DNA of 64,000 bases from an uncultured delta proteobacterium (GCA_963724765.1 CAVRVY010000002.1:64001-128000), one strand, 5' to 3'. Positions 9,933 through 20,952 are shown, counted from the stretch's first letter. Numbers and translations are program-made. Notes: generated by a model not told the origin, from the sequence alone.

Positions 9933-10349
9933 ATGCCCATCACGAAATTCGACGCGGTCAAGATCGGCGATACGCTCGGCCCGCAGGAGATCTTCCTGAG
10001 CAAGGACCAGGTGCGGACCTACGCGCGCACCTGCGGGATGGACGTGCCGCGCTTCACCGACGACGAGGGCGCGCGCAAGGAAGGACTGCCCGGGATGATC
10101 GCGCCGGGCAACCTGAGCCTGGCGATGCTCTCGCGGCTGGTGACCGATTGGATCGGGCAGAGCGGCGCGCGCCTCGCGCGGCTGGGGACGACTTACCGGC
10201 AGCCGGTGCAGCCCGACCATACGATTACACTGAACGGTTTTGTCACGCACACTGAGCCGGCCGAAAAGCGGGTCGAAATCGACGTTTGGATCGAAAACGA
10301 GGACGCCGAGCGCCTCGTGATCGGCACCGCCAGCATCGAGTTCCCGTAA
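9933..10349 (+). CDS. MaoC-like hotdog dehydratase subunit
   Basis: TDDEGARKEGLPGMIAPG; QPVQPDHTITL. Confidence 0.82.
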   Translation: MPITKFDAVKIGDTLGPQEIFLSKDQVRTYARTCGMDVPRFTDDEGARKEGLPGMIAPGNLSLAMLSRLVTDWIGQSGARLARLGTTYRQPVQPDHTITLNGFVTHTEPAEKRVEIDVWIENEDAERLVIGTASIEFP

Positions 10350-10399
10350 GCCGCGTCAGTCCGCAAGCGGGGTCAGCGTTGGATCTACCGGCGCGCCAC

Positions 10400-11002
10400 C
10401 TACAGCAGGGCGCCGCGGAAAGGCTCGTCGCGCACCGGCGGATATTCGATCAGACTGAGCGCCCAGCGCCGCGCCTGGCGCAGCGCCTCTTCGGCGCGCT
10501 TGAACAGCCGCTCGCGATGCATCGTGTTCCACACGTAGACGTCGACTGACGGCTCGTCGCTTAGCGTCACGTCGAGCATCCAGTCTTCGAGCTGCGGCCC
10601 GCACACCAGCAGCCGCACCACGCGGCCGTGATCGAGGATTACGCCGCGCGCCTCGCTCGGCAGACGAAACTCATCCTTGATTCGCTTGATCAATCGCGCC
10701 GGATAGTGCTCCTCGGTCATCGCGACGTAAACCCATTGACCGGCTTGCGGATTGGCCGCGCGCGCGATGCGCAGGTTGTTGTCGGTCAGGTCTTCCTTGG
10801 CGCGGTCCTGGTCATAGTCGCGCGCGACCGAATAGAAACCCTCGACGATCGGCAGTTGCAGCGGCGCCTGGTCGGAACCGGCCTCCTTGGGCGCGTCCTG
10901 TTCGGCGCTTGCTGGATCGGGCGCGGCCGCTTCGGGTTTGCGCGGCCGTTTGACCGAGGTCTCGACCCACCATCGGTTTTCGACATTTGGCTTGTGCGCC
11001 AT
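10400..11002 (-). CDS. Hypothetical protein
   Basis: 200-aa ORF with normal composition and genome-like codon usage; no recognisable motif. Confidence 0.65.
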   Translation of the reverse strand: MAHKPNVENRWWVETSVKRPRKPEAAAPDPASAEQDAPKEAGSDQAPLQLPIVEGFYSVARDYDQDRAKEDLTDNNLRIARAANPQAGQWVYVAMTEEHYPARLIKRIKDEFRLPSEARGVILDHGRVVRLLVCGPQLEDWMLDVTLSDEPSVDVYVWNTMHRERLFKRAEEALRQARRWALSLIEYPPVRDEPFRGALL

Positions 11003-11088
11003 CGCGCTTACATCATAGCCGCCGCACAGGCCCGCAGGCGATAGTGATGCCGCGGTATCGGAGGTGCGCGGCGAGGGTTAGTGAAAGA

Positions 11089-11628
11089 CTAGACGCGGCG
11101 CCGGGCCGCGCGCGAGCGGCGCCGTCGCGCCGACGGAGTCACCTGGCGAGTCGATGAACCCGTCCGTCGCGGTGGAGGGCTTGCGCGCCGGGGAGTCGCG
11201 GCTGTACGGCGCGCCGTGCGCCCGGTCATTTGTAGCCGCGCGCGCAGCCGCTTGCGCTGCTCGGGACGGCGCAGTCCGCGCACCATCCTGACCGCGAACG
11301 CGTCGGCCTTGCGCTCGGCGTCGGTCCAGAACAGATAGTGCCCCATCTCGTGATAAAGCATCGCGATCCACATCCGTTCCTTGTTGTAGATACGGCCGCG
11401 CTTCCAGTTCTCGGGATGGACCAGATGGATGCGCCCGTCCTCGAAGGTCTTCCCCGCGGTCTTGCCCCAATCCAGATATTCGTACCATTCGATCGCAGGG
11501 CGTTTGACGTTGTAGTAGCGGCAGAAGTCGGAAATCGCGCGGCGAAATGCGCCGGCGCGATGCTGGCGGAAAAAAAGCACGAGATTACGGTCAATCTCCC
11601 TACGATTGACGATAGGCGGAACAATCAT
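11089..11628 (-). CDS. Small HExxH zinc-metallopeptidase-like protein (ImmA/IrrE-like motif) with Arg-rich tail
   Basis: LYHEMGHY...AERKADAFA; start uncertain (11628 or 11634). Confidence 0.7.
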   Translation of the reverse strand: MIVPPIVNRREIDRNLVLFFRQHRAGAFRRAISDFCRYYNVKRPAIEWYEYLDWGKTAGKTFEDGRIHLVHPENWKRGRIYNKERMWIAMLYHEMGHYLFWTDAERKADAFAVRMVRGLRRPEQRKRLRARLQMTGRTARRTAATPRRASPPPRRTGSSTRQVTPSARRRRSRAARRRV

Positions 11629-11884
11629 TCGCACGGACCGAGGACCTCCGGGTTGGCGCCCACGGATCATAGAAGGCCGATGGCCGAGGCGTCAAACGAG
11701 GCGCGAGAAATCCAGAAAACCCTGATTTTTCATGTAGTTAGAGCGTGGCGGAACGCATCGCGGACGATGCTGATAAGGGCCAAATTGGACTAACGCGAGC
11801 GATGCGCGGCTCGAAGCCTCGCGGCCGCAAGCCATCCACGTCTTCAATCACGTCAACGCGGCAGAAGGCTGTCGCCATCCCCCG

Positions 11885-12340
11885 TCATGCGCGACGGGCG
11901 TGCTGCAGAACCCTCGGGCGCTTCACACGACGGCTGCGATTGACCGTCATGTGCTGGAGGCGTCCCGCCTCCTTCAACCGCAATCGCGCCAGTGGTAACT
12001 GCGAATCCTCTGCGCCGGCCGCCAGGCTGCTCAGGCGAAGGCGCAGAGCTTCCGAGCTTATCTCGAGCGCGTCGCAGACGTTATCGAAACTGAACGCCAC
12101 TCTGCTGCCGGGCGCCATCACCCATCGCGCGGCTTCGATAAACAGTCGCCGCTTGCGCACGCTGAAGGCCCCGCGCCAGTCCTGCAGGATGTTGATCGCG
12201 TCGGCCAGCACCGCAAGCATCAGTCGCTGCTCGCTGGTGAAGCGGTTTCTGCCGACCAATTCGAAGAACTGGCTGGGCAGGATAAGGTCCGAGGCCGTGA
12301 ACGAATCCGGCGCTTGCGCGCCAAGGTTGCGCTGCCGCAT
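11885..12340 (-). CDS. Hypothetical protein
   Basis: AGGAG before ATG 12340; ILPSQFF...EQRLMLAVLADAI...FSFDNVCDALEI looks like a conserved small helical domain. Confidence 0.7.
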   Translation of the reverse strand: MRQRNLGAQAPDSFTASDLILPSQFFELVGRNRFTSEQRLMLAVLADAINILQDWRGAFSVRKRRLFIEAARWVMAPGSRVAFSFDNVCDALEISSEALRLRLSSLAAGAEDSQLPLARLRLKEAGRLQHMTVNRSRRVKRPRVLQHARRA

Positions 12341-12712
12341 AGCTAACACTCCTGCCTGGTCCGGACGAGCGACTTGCCGCACAAGGCTCGCCCGGGTTAG
12401 CCCGCGTATCCCCCAGCTCCTAAGTTATCGTCCCCTATAGCTCAGAGCGTGGTTAGCCGACCATAGTGATGCCAAGGGGGCATTTCAAGAGTGTGTGGCT
12501 AAATTCTTTTGCAAGCTCAGCTAATGATCCAGGCATACAAAGGTCACCAGCTTGGCCCCATTTTGGGCGATCGACGTGGCCCGAATTATGACGAAATTGT
12601 GATCGATTCTTGAACCCGCCGGGGGCCTCGGATTGCACTAGGGACGCCCGGCGGCCATCTGTTATAGTTCGCATACAAGCCACTGGACTGGACCGGGCAC
12701 GGAGGACCTGCG

Positions 12713-13087
12713 ATGGCGGATTTCTTTTCCAAGGAGACGATTAAGAGCCTGCGCAAGTTGCGCAAGCTCAAGCCCGACTATTTCAAGGGCTTAATGGACT
12801 GGGATGAGATGATCTTCAGCGACGGCGCGCTACCCGCCAAGACCAAGGAACTGATGGCGGTTGCGGCGGCGCACGTCACGGACTGTCCGTGGTGTATCGA
12901 GGAGCATGTCAAGCGCGCGATCAAGCAGGGCGCGACGGACGAGGAGATCGCCGAAGCGGCGTTCGTCGCGATGTCGCTGAGGGCCGGCGCGGCGTTTGCC
13001 CACTCGTCGATCGCAATGGCGGTGAGCGACGAACAGCGGGCCGAGGTGGCCGCGCAGGTGCACGATCACGAAGGCCACAATCACTAA
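12713..13087 (+). CDS. AhpD/carboxymuconolactone decarboxylase family protein
   Basis: [13 protein letters not shown]...DCPWCIEEH...GATDEEI; GGAGG RBS; His-rich C-terminus. Confidence 0.88.
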   Translation: MADFFSKETIKSLRKLRKLKPDYFKGLMDWDEMIFSDGALPAKTKELMAVAAAHVTDCPWCIEEHVKRAIKQGATDEEIAEAAFVAMSLRAGAAFAHSSIAMAVSDEQRAEVAAQVHDHEGHNH

Positions 13088-13115
13088 GGCGCACGGAGCA
13101 GCGGAGTTGTCGGTA

Positions 13116-14270
13116 ATGGAGCAGGCAGGGACGCGCCGCACGACGCGGCAAATCGGGATCGGCGCACTGAAAGTCGGCGGCGACGCGCCGGTGGTCGTAC
13201 AGTCGATGTGCGCGACGCGCACGATCGATATCGACCAGACCGTGGCGCAAACGCATCAGCTTGCCCGTGCCGGCGCGGGAATTGTGCGGATCGCGCTCGA
13301 CAATGAAAAGGAAGTTCCGGCGCTCAAGGAAATTCGCGCACAGACACGCGGTATCGTATTGTCGGTGGACCTCCAGGAGAACTACCGCATCGCCGGCAAA
13401 GTCGGACCGCACGTCGACAAGATTCGCTACAACCCCGGCCATCTGCACCATATCGAGAAAGCCAAAAGCGTTCCGCAAAAGGTGCGATGGCTGGTCGAGG
13501 TCGCGCGCGAACACAACCTGGCGATTCGAATCGGGGTCAACTGCGGCTCGGTGGCGCCGGCCTTTCTGGAAAAACATCCCGGCGATCAGCTAAGCGCGCT
13601 GGTCGAGTCGGCGGTATGGCACTGCGAGCTGATGGACGAGCTGGGATTCGACCGTTTCGTGGTTTCGCTCAAGGATTCCGACCCGGCCAAGGTGCTGGAA
13701 GCCAACCGGCGCTTTGCCGCGCGCCGCCCCGACGTTCCGCTTCATCTCGGAGTCACCGAGGCGGGACTGCCGCCCGACGGCATCATCAAGACCCGGATCG
13801 CGTTCGAGAAGCTGCTCGCGCAGCACGTCGGCGACACCATCCGCGTCTCACTGACGCTGCCCAACGAGCGCAAGCACGAAGAGGTTACCGTTGGCCATCA
13901 GATCATCCAGGACGTCGCGAGCGGACGCTTCATCTCGGTGCCCAACTTCGGCACCGGTCTCAACATCATCTCGTGCCCGTCGTGCTCGCGAGTGGAGAAC
14001 GAGAAGTTCGTCGAGCTGGCGCAACAGGTGAAGGAAGTCACGGCCTACGCGTCGCGCCATCGGATCACGATTGCGGTGATGGGGTGCCGGGTGAACGGGC
14101 CGGGCGAGACCGACGACGCGGACCTGGGACTGTGGTGCGGTCCGACGACGGTGAATCTCAAGAAGAAGGATCGCAAGCTCGGCAACTTCCGCTACGACGA
14201 CGTGTTGACGCGCCTTCGCGTCGAAGTCGACAAGCTGATCGCCGAACGCTCGGCGGCCGCCAACAACTGA
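13116..14270 (+). CDS. ispG: (E)-4-hydroxy-3-methylbut-2-enyl-diphosphate synthase
   Basis: [47 protein letters not shown]. Confidence 0.95.
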   Translation: MEQAGTRRTTRQIGIGALKVGGDAPVVVQSMCATRTIDIDQTVAQTHQLARAGAGIVRIALDNEKEVPALKEIRAQTRGIVLSVDLQENYRIAGKVGPHVDKIRYNPGHLHHIEKAKSVPQKVRWLVEVAREHNLAIRIGVNCGSVAPAFLEKHPGDQLSALVESAVWHCELMDELGFDRFVVSLKDSDPAKVLEANRRFAARRPDVPLHLGVTEAGLPPDGIIKTRIAFEKLLAQHVGDTIRVSLTLPNERKHEEVTVGHQIIQDVASGRFISVPNFGTGLNIISCPSCSRVENEKFVELAQQVKEVTAYASRHRITIAVMGCRVNGPGETDDADLGLWCGPTTVNLKKKDRKLGNFRYDDVLTRLRVEVDKLIAERSAAANN

Positions 14271-14362
14271 CGGATCCAAAAAAGAGCCGTGTCGGCATGG
14301 TGGGCGCGTGCGCCCACTCCATGCCTTGAGCTGGCAGGCGGCGCGCGCGTTTCAGAAGCTCG

Positions 14363-15109
14363 CTAGCACCGCTTACACATCTGACAGCCGGCAAGCGAGC
14401 AGTAGGTTTCGTCGCCGCGGGCGACGAAGCGCTGCTTGCAAACGGCGCACCTGGCGATCCGCTCGTCGGGTTCGAGCATCGGTTCAAGCTTCTCGTGTAT
14501 CAGTTCGTCGAGATCGTCGTCCCACGGGTCAGGCGGAGCTGCAGGCGCGGATCCGCCCGCGCCTGCAGCTCCGCCAGGCGAGGGCGCCGACCGGCCGTGG
14601 CCGGCCGCGCCTGCGGCCTTGGAACGCGTCACTGCGGGTGCCCCCACGGCAGCGCCCGCAGTGACGCCCGCTGCGCCCGGGTGGCGCGGAGCGCGGCCCT
14701 TGGCCGCGCTCCGCGCCGCCTCGCGCGCCAGCTCGTCGGCCTCTTCGTTGCGCGCGTCGCCGGCGTGTCCGCGCACCCACTGGAACCTCACGTCGTGCCG
14801 GGCGACCTCGCGGTCGAGCTGTTGCCACAGGTCGAGGTTCTTGGTACGGCGCCAGCCCTCGTTCATCGTTTTGACCAGGTACTGGCTGTCGCTGCGCACG
14901 ATCACCGGGACGCCAGGATCGAGGGCGCGCAGCGCCTCGATCGCGGCCATGATTTCCATCCGGTTGTTGGTGGTTTGTGAATCGCCGCCGCTAAGCCGAT
15001 GCGTGCCGTTGGGCCTGACGATTACGACGCCCCATCCGCCAGGCCCCGGATTGCCCTCGCAGGAGCCGTCGGCGTAAACGAGAAGCGGCGCTCGTGATAT
15101 CGCGGCCAT
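14363..15109 (-). CDS. rnhA: Ribonuclease HI with linker and C-terminal Cys-rich domain
   Basis: YADGSCEGNPGPGGWG, TTNNRME, DSQY, WVRGHAG...NEEADELA. Confidence 0.92.
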   Translation of the reverse strand: MAAISRAPLLVYADGSCEGNPGPGGWGVVIVRPNGTHRLSGGDSQTTNNRMEIMAAIEALRALDPGVPVIVRSDSQYLVKTMNEGWRRTKNLDLWQQLDREVARHDVRFQWVRGHAGDARNEEADELAREAARSAAKGRAPRHPGAAGVTAGAAVGAPAVTRSKAAGAAGHGRSAPSPGGAAGAGGSAPAAPPDPWDDDLDELIHEKLEPMLEPDERIARCAVCKQRFVARGDETYCSLAGCQMCKRC

Positions 15110-15133
15110 AGCTCGGTCTTCCGGAACTGAGCG

Positions 15134-16588
15134 TCAGGCGCCGCGCTCGCGGCGCAGGTCGTCGAACCATCGCAGGTAATGGCGCGCCGACACGGTCCAG
15201 GAAAAATCCGCGGCGAAGCAATTGTCCATCAGGCGGCGCCAGGCCCCGCGGTCATCAAAGAGCCCCCGCGCCCGCGCCATCGCGTCCACCATCGCGCCGG
15301 CGCGATAGTCAGTGAACATGAAGCCATTGCCGGTCCCGACTTGCGGATCGAACTCGGTGACCGTGTCCTTGAGCCCGCCGGTCGCGCGCACCAGCGGCGC
15401 GGTGCCGTACTTGAGCGCATACATCTGCGTGAGCCCGCACGGCTCGAACCGCGACGGCATCAGGAAGATGTCGCTCCCGGCCTGAATCTGATGGGCGAAG
15501 GCGTTGTCGAAAGCGAGCTGCACGCGCAACTGGCCAGGGAAGCGTTCTTCGGCGGTCTTGAAAAACTTCTCCAGCGCCGGATCGCCGCTGGCGAGCATGA
15601 CGAGCTGCACGCCGAGACCCATCACCGCGTCGAGCGCCTCGCCGAGCAGGTTGATACCCTTTTGCGGGGTCATCCGCGTGACCATCCCGACTATCGGCGC
15701 GTCGTCGCGATCGGGCAGGCCGGCGAGCTTGCGCAGCGCGCGGCGGCAGACCGCCTTGCCTTCGCGCCGCGCCGGTGTGTACTTGGCCGCGATCATCGGG
15801 TCGATCGCCGGGTCCCATTCGGTATAGTCGGCGCCGTTGATGATCCCGACGAAGCGGCGGCCCTTGTGGCGCAGCACTCCTTCCAGGCCGAAGCCCAGCT
15901 CCGGATCGCTGCTAACCTCGCGCGCGTAGGTCGGGCTCACGGTCGAGGCGCCATCGGCCAGCACGATCGCGCCCTTCATCAGGTTGACGCGTCCCCAGAA
16001 CTCCAGACACTCGACGGAGAAGTAGGAGCGGTCGATATTGAGCAGACCGAAATCCGCTTCGTCGAAGATTCCCTGGAAGGCGAGGTTGTGCACGGTGAAA
16101 GCCGTTAGCGCAGAGCCAAGCGCCTCGCGCAGCGCCGGGTCGGCGCTCGCCACGATCGGCGCCACCGCCGCGTGCCAATCATGCGCGTGCAGGACGTCGG
16201 GCCGGATGAAGCGCGCCGCGGCGAGCGCGGCCGCGCGGCCGAACATCACGTAGCGATGCAGATTGTCGGGATAGTCCGCGCCGCGCTCGCCGTAAACTCC
16301 CGCGCGATCGAAGCAACCCGGATGCTTGATCAGGTAGAGCGGCACGCCGTCGCGGGTCTCGGCCCGCAGCAGGTCGAAGCGCTCTGAGGAATCGCCCATC
16401 GAGACCGAGAGATTCTCGGCCACCGGCGCCGTTTTGAGCGCGTCGAGCACGCCGCGGTAGCCGGGCAGGATCACTACGGGCTCGGCGCCGCTCTGCTTGA
16501 GCGCCGCGGGCAGCGCGCCGATTACGTCGGCGAGTCCGCCGGCCTTCGCCCATGGCGTGATCTCGGCGGCAACGATTGCGATTTTCAC
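15134..16588 (-). CDS. glgA: Glycogen synthase
   Basis: KAGGLADV, HAHDWH, HNLAFQG, SRFEPCGLTQ. Confidence 0.95.
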   Translation of the reverse strand: MKIAIVAAEITPWAKAGGLADVIGALPAALKQSGAEPVVILPGYRGVLDALKTAPVAENLSVSMGDSSERFDLLRAETRDGVPLYLIKHPGCFDRAGVYGERGADYPDNLHRYVMFGRAAALAAARFIRPDVLHAHDWHAAVAPIVASADPALREALGSALTAFTVHNLAFQGIFDEADFGLLNIDRSYFSVECLEFWGRVNLMKGAIVLADGASTVSPTYAREVSSDPELGFGLEGVLRHKGRRFVGIINGADYTEWDPAIDPMIAAKYTPARREGKAVCRRALRKLAGLPDRDDAPIVGMVTRMTPQKGINLLGEALDAVMGLGVQLVMLASGDPALEKFFKTAEERFPGQLRVQLAFDNAFAHQIQAGSDIFLMPSRFEPCGLTQMYALKYGTAPLVRATGGLKDTVTEFDPQVGTGNGFMFTDYRAGAMVDAMARARGLFDDRGAWRRLMDNCFAADFSWTVSARHYLRWFDDLRRERGA

Positions 16589-16664
16589 TTTTTCACCGAT
16601 GCTCTTTTTGCGCCCGCTCCCGCACCTGAGAGGGTGTCGATAAACCCAAAAATCGCTCCGCGTC

Positions 16665-16700
16665 GATCCTTCACTTCGGCAACCTTCGTTCAGGATGACA
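16665..16700. repeat. REP-like element remnant (GATCCTTCACTTCG...TTCAGGATGACA)
   Basis: Resembles one arm of a dispersed intergenic palindromic element family recalled from GC-rich bacteria; single copy in this window. Confidence 0.4.
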
Positions 16701-16768
16701 TCAAAAAGGTTCTCTTTCTGGGGCGAGAGCTCAGAGGGAAACGTGAAAAAAAGAACGCCTGCTAAAAT

Positions 16769-17809
16769 TCAGCTCGCCGCCTGCTCGACCTGCGGCCCCG
16801 GCTGCGATTCGCTCATCGCCAGCGCCTCGCGTAGGGCCTCGGCCGCGTTTTCGGGCGGCACCGGGTTGATATAGAAGCCCGTGCCGACCTCGAAGCCCGC
16901 CACCTTGGTCAGCGCGGGCGTGATCTCCATGTGCCAGTGATAATGCTTGCTCTGGGCCTCGCGCAGCGGCGCCGAGTGGATGATGTAGTTGAACGGCGGA
17001 TCGTCGAGCGAGCGCTTGAGCGCGCGCAAGCTCGCCTTGATCGCGCTGGCGAAGCCCGGGTACGACGTCGCCGCATGCTCGAAGTGCGATCCGTGAGTCT
17101 TGGGAATCAGCCACAACTCGAACGGAAAGCGCGCGGCGAAGGGCGAGGCGGCGATAAATTCGTCGTTTTCGAACACCACGCGGCGGCGGTCCTGGCCCTC
17201 CTGATCGACGATGTCACAGAAGATGCATCGTTCCTTGAGCGAGTAGTAATCGCTCGCGCCGCGCAGCTCCTGCTGTACGTTGAGCGGCAAAATCGGCAGC
17301 GCGATCAGTTGCGAGTGCGGATGCTCCAGGCTCGCCCCGGCTTCGGCGCCGTGGTTCTTGAAAATCAGCACGTAACGGAAACGTTCGTCGTGCGCGAGGT
17401 CGAGCGTGCGCTCGCGGTAGGCCCACAGCAGCTCTTCGATCTGACGCAGCTCGAGGTCGGCGAGGCCGCGATCGTGGTCGGGGCTCTCGATCAGCACCTC
17501 GTGGGCGCCGATTCCATTCATCAGATCGTACAGCCCGTCACCGCGCCGTCCCGCCGCGCCCTCGATGCGCAGGGCTGGGAACTTGTTGCTGACCGCGCGC
17601 ACCCGCCATCCCGGCCCATTGGGCTGCGAGTCGTTTTCACGGTAGGCGAGCACTTCGGGCGGAGTCATCTGCTCCATCCCGGCGCAAAACGCGCACGGCG
17701 GTCCCTTGCGCTGGTCACGATTTGATTTGAAATCCGACGGACGCTTGCCGCGCTCGGTGGCCATGATCACCCAACGTCCGACGACCGGATCCTTTCTCAA
17801 CTCAGGCAT
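16769..17809 (-). CDS. galT: Galactose-1-phosphate uridylyltransferase family (GalT-like HIT nucleotidyltransferase)
   Basis: ELRKDPV, CAFC, NKFPAL, GASLEHPHSQ, CIFC, HWH. Confidence 0.9.
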   Translation of the reverse strand: MPELRKDPVVGRWVIMATERGKRPSDFKSNRDQRKGPPCAFCAGMEQMTPPEVLAYRENDSQPNGPGWRVRAVSNKFPALRIEGAAGRRGDGLYDLMNGIGAHEVLIESPDHDRGLADLELRQIEELLWAYRERTLDLAHDERFRYVLIFKNHGAEAGASLEHPHSQLIALPILPLNVQQELRGASDYYSLKERCIFCDIVDQEGQDRRRVVFENDEFIAASPFAARFPFELWLIPKTHGSHFEHAATSYPGFASAIKASLRALKRSLDDPPFNYIIHSAPLREAQSKHYHWHMEITPALTKVAGFEVGTGFYINPVPPENAAEALREALAMSESQPGPQVEQAAS

Positions 17810-17931
17810 CTAGAGCGCCTTCTCCCTGATTGATTGCGCGGGGCTACCGCACGGTGCGGCAATATTAGCCGTCATCGGTAGCGTTGCGCTAGGCAGAGAG
17901 ACTTCAGGGGTCCCCAGGGCGGGGCTACCCG

Positions 17932-20364
17932 CTAGTTCAGCACGGTGCGCTCAGCGCCCGCCGGCGCGGGTTCCGGATGCTGTTCGACACCGTCGCGCAG
18001 CGCGTGGCGCAGAACCTCGTCGACCGTATCGACGAACACGAACTCCATCTCTTTGCGCGCTTCTTCGGGGATATCTTCGAGGTCGCTTTCGTTGCGCCGT
18101 GGCAGGATTACGGTCTTGATTCCCGCGCGCCGCGCCGCCAGCACTTTTTCCTTGACTCCGCCGACCGGCAAGACCTTGCCGCGCAAGGTGATCTCGCCAG
18201 TCATCGCAACGTCGGAGCGCACCGGGCGGGCGCTCAGCAGCGAGGCGAGCGAGGCCGCGATGGTCACGCCGGCGGACGGACCGTCCTTGGGGATGGCGCC
18301 GGCCGGGACGTGTATATGAAGATCGGATTTTTCGAAGAAGTCGGGCGCGATGCCGAGTTGTGCCGCGCGCGATCGCACGTAGGAGAGCGCCGCCTGCGCC
18401 GACTCCTTCATCACGTCGCCGAGCGAACCGGTGATCGTGACGCCCTTTTGTCCGTTCATCCGGGTGCTCTCGATGAACAGGATGTCGCCGCCATTGGGCG
18501 TCCAGGCAAGGCCCGTCGCGACGCCCGGCTCCTGGGTGCGCTCGGCCGCCTCGGAGAAGAACCTGCGCGGGCCGAGAAAGCGATGGAGCATGTCGGGCGT
18601 GACGCGCTCGGGGGCGGTTTCGCCCTCAGTGAGCGCGCGCGCGATTTTGCGGCATACGCGGCCGATTTCACGCTCGAGGTTGCGCAGCCCGGCCTCACGC
18701 GTGTAGCTGCGGATGATTTCGGACACCGCTTCCTTGGCGAACTCGATCTTGATATTGCCCAGCCCATTCTCGGAGATCTGCTTGGGCACCAGGTGGCGTT
18801 CGGCGATTTGGAGTTTTTCCTCCTCGGTGTAGCCGGGCAACTCCAGCACTTCCATCCGGTCGCGCAACGCGGGCGGAATCGGATCGAGCACGTTAGCGGT
18901 GGTCAGGAACAACACCTTGGAGAGATCGAAGGGCACGTCGAGATAGTGATCGACAAAGGCGTTGTTCTGCTCGGGATCGAGCACTTCGAGCAGCGCTGAG
19001 GCCGGGTCGCCGCGAAAGTCCGTCCCCAGCTTGTCGACTTCGTCGAGAATGAACAGCGGATTGTTGGAGCCGGCGTTGCGCAGCCCCTGGATCATGCGCC
19101 CGGGCAGCGATCCGATGTAGGTGCGGCGATGGCCGCGAATCTCGGCCTCGTCGCGGATGCCGCCGAGCGAGAGCCGCACGAACTTGCGTCCCAGGGCGCG
19201 CGCGATCGAGCGCCCGAGCGAGGTCTTGCCGGTTCCCGGCGGGCCGACGAAACACAGGATCGGCCCCTTGGTGTCGCTCTTGAGCTTGCGCACGGCGAGA
19301 AACTCGAGGATGCGTTCCTTGACCTTTTCGAGATCGAAATGGTCTTCGTCGAGCACCGAGCGGGCGTGCTTGATGTCAAGATTGTCATCGGTCGAAACCG
19401 ACCATGGCACGGTGACCAGCCAATCGAGGTAGGTCCGCACGACAGTATGCTCGGCCGATTCGGGCGGGATCATCTTGAGCCGATCCAGCTCCTTGTCGGC
19501 CGCCTTGCGAGCGTCCTCGGGCATCTTGGCCGCCTCGATTTTCCTCTCCAGGTCTTCGATCTCGGAGGATCGCGCGTCGCCCTCTCCAAGCTCCTTCTGA
19601 ATCGCCTTGAGCTGCTGGCGCAGATAGTACTCGCGCTGGTTCTTGTTGAGCTCGGTCTGGACCTGCGACTGGATCTTGTGGCCCAGCTCAAGCAGTTCGA
19701 TCTCGCGCCCCAGGATAACAATCAGCTTTTCCAGGCGCGCGCGCACGTCGTTGGTCGACAGCAGATCCTGCGACTCCTCGACCGCGATCTTCAGGTACGA
19801 GGCGACCATGTCGGTGAGGCGGGCGGGCTCGCGCACCTGCATCGCCATCACTTGCAGTTCGTCGGGCAGATAAGGCACCAGCGAAACGAACTTGGAAAAC
19901 TGGCTCACCAGATGAGCCTGCAGCGCGTCGAGCTCCTTATCGCCCTCGACCGCCTCGCCCAGGCGCCGCACGTTGGCGCGGAAGTACGGTTCGAGTTGGA
20001 CGAAATCGAGCAGATCGATTCGCGCGATGCCCTGCACCAGCACCCGCACGCTATGGTCTGGATACTTGAGCATCTTGAGAATCCGCACGGCCGTGCCGCG
20101 CGGGAACAGCCCTTCGGGGGCCGGATTTTCCTCTTCGGGATTTTTCTGCGCGGAAAGCCCGATTACCCGTGAAGCCTGTCCCACGTCCTCGATGAGTCTG
20201 AGCGAGGCTGGACGCGACACCAGGAAGGGATGAATCTGGTTAGGGAAGATTACGATGCCGCGCAGCGGCAGCACCGGCAAAACATCGGGCACCTCGACCT
20301 TGCTTAGATCTTCTTCGATGTCGAAGCGCTTTTCGCCTTTGGCCTTATCCGATTTTTCTGCCAT
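17932..20364 (-). CDS. lon: ATP-dependent Lon protease
   Basis: [39 protein letters not shown]; GGAGG before ATG 20364. Confidence 0.97.
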   Translation of the reverse strand: MAEKSDKAKGEKRFDIEEDLSKVEVPDVLPVLPLRGIVIFPNQIHPFLVSRPASLRLIEDVGQASRVIGLSAQKNPEEENPAPEGLFPRGTAVRILKMLKYPDHSVRVLVQGIARIDLLDFVQLEPYFRANVRRLGEAVEGDKELDALQAHLVSQFSKFVSLVPYLPDELQVMAMQVREPARLTDMVASYLKIAVEESQDLLSTNDVRARLEKLIVILGREIELLELGHKIQSQVQTELNKNQREYYLRQQLKAIQKELGEGDARSSEIEDLERKIEAAKMPEDARKAADKELDRLKMIPPESAEHTVVRTYLDWLVTVPWSVSTDDNLDIKHARSVLDEDHFDLEKVKERILEFLAVRKLKSDTKGPILCFVGPPGTGKTSLGRSIARALGRKFVRLSLGGIRDEAEIRGHRRTYIGSLPGRMIQGLRNAGSNNPLFILDEVDKLGTDFRGDPASALLEVLDPEQNNAFVDHYLDVPFDLSKVLFLTTANVLDPIPPALRDRMEVLELPGYTEEEKLQIAERHLVPKQISENGLGNIKIEFAKEAVSEIIRSYTREAGLRNLEREIGRVCRKIARALTEGETAPERVTPDMLHRFLGPRRFFSEAAERTQEPGVATGLAWTPNGGDILFIESTRMNGQKGVTITGSLGDVMKESAQAALSYVRSRAAQLGIAPDFFEKSDLHIHVPAGAIPKDGPSAGVTIAASLASLLSARPVRSDVAMTGEITLRGKVLPVGGVKEKVLAARRAGIKTVILPRRNESDLEDIPEEARKEMEFVFVDTVDEVLRHALRDGVEQHPEPAPAGAERTVLN

Positions 20365-20523
20365 AGATGCTGAGCCGCCTCTCCAGTAGCGGACGAGAGC
20401 CGCCGGCGCTTCCACCCCCGCAATCGATTAACGTATTATACCCCCTGCGGGCAGACAAGCTCGGCCTCGCTGCATACAATCTAGCCACGATTGGTGGTTC
20501 ACGCCAATTATCGAGGCAATAGC

Positions 20524-20952
20524 TTGGCGAAGCATCAGTTCGAGAAAGTTTTCACAGTAGAGGAAGCCAACGCCCTAATCCCGCGCATGGAAGTTCTGGT
20601 GCGCGGACTCCAGGTGGAGGCCGACACCTTGCGCGCGCGCATCCGCGAACTTGCCCGCCGCGACGATTCCGCTATCACCGGGATGCCACTGTCCGATCTC
20701 ATCGAGCGCTATCCCGAACTCAAGGAAAATGCTGCGCGGATGGCCGAGACGGCCGGGCAGGTCGAGAACCTGGGATGCTTCCTGAAGGATATCGATCAGG
20801 GCCTGGTCGACTTCCCCTACGAGATCGAGGACGACGTGGTTTTTTTGTGCTGGCAATCCGGCGAGCGCCAGATTATCGCCTGGCACACCATCGATTCCGG
20901 TTTCTCCGACCGCCGGCCTCTGCCCGGCGTCAACAAGCCGTACCTGAATTGA
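20524..20952 (+). CDS. DUF2203 family protein
   Basis: FTVEEANALIP...LKDIDQGLVDFP...LCWQSGE...WH...GF..RRPL. Confidence 0.85.
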   Translation: MAKHQFEKVFTVEEANALIPRMEVLVRGLQVEADTLRARIRELARRDDSAITGMPLSDLIERYPELKENAARMAETAGQVENLGCFLKDIDQGLVDFPYEIEDDVVFLCWQSGERQIIAWHTIDSGFSDRRPLPGVNKPYLN

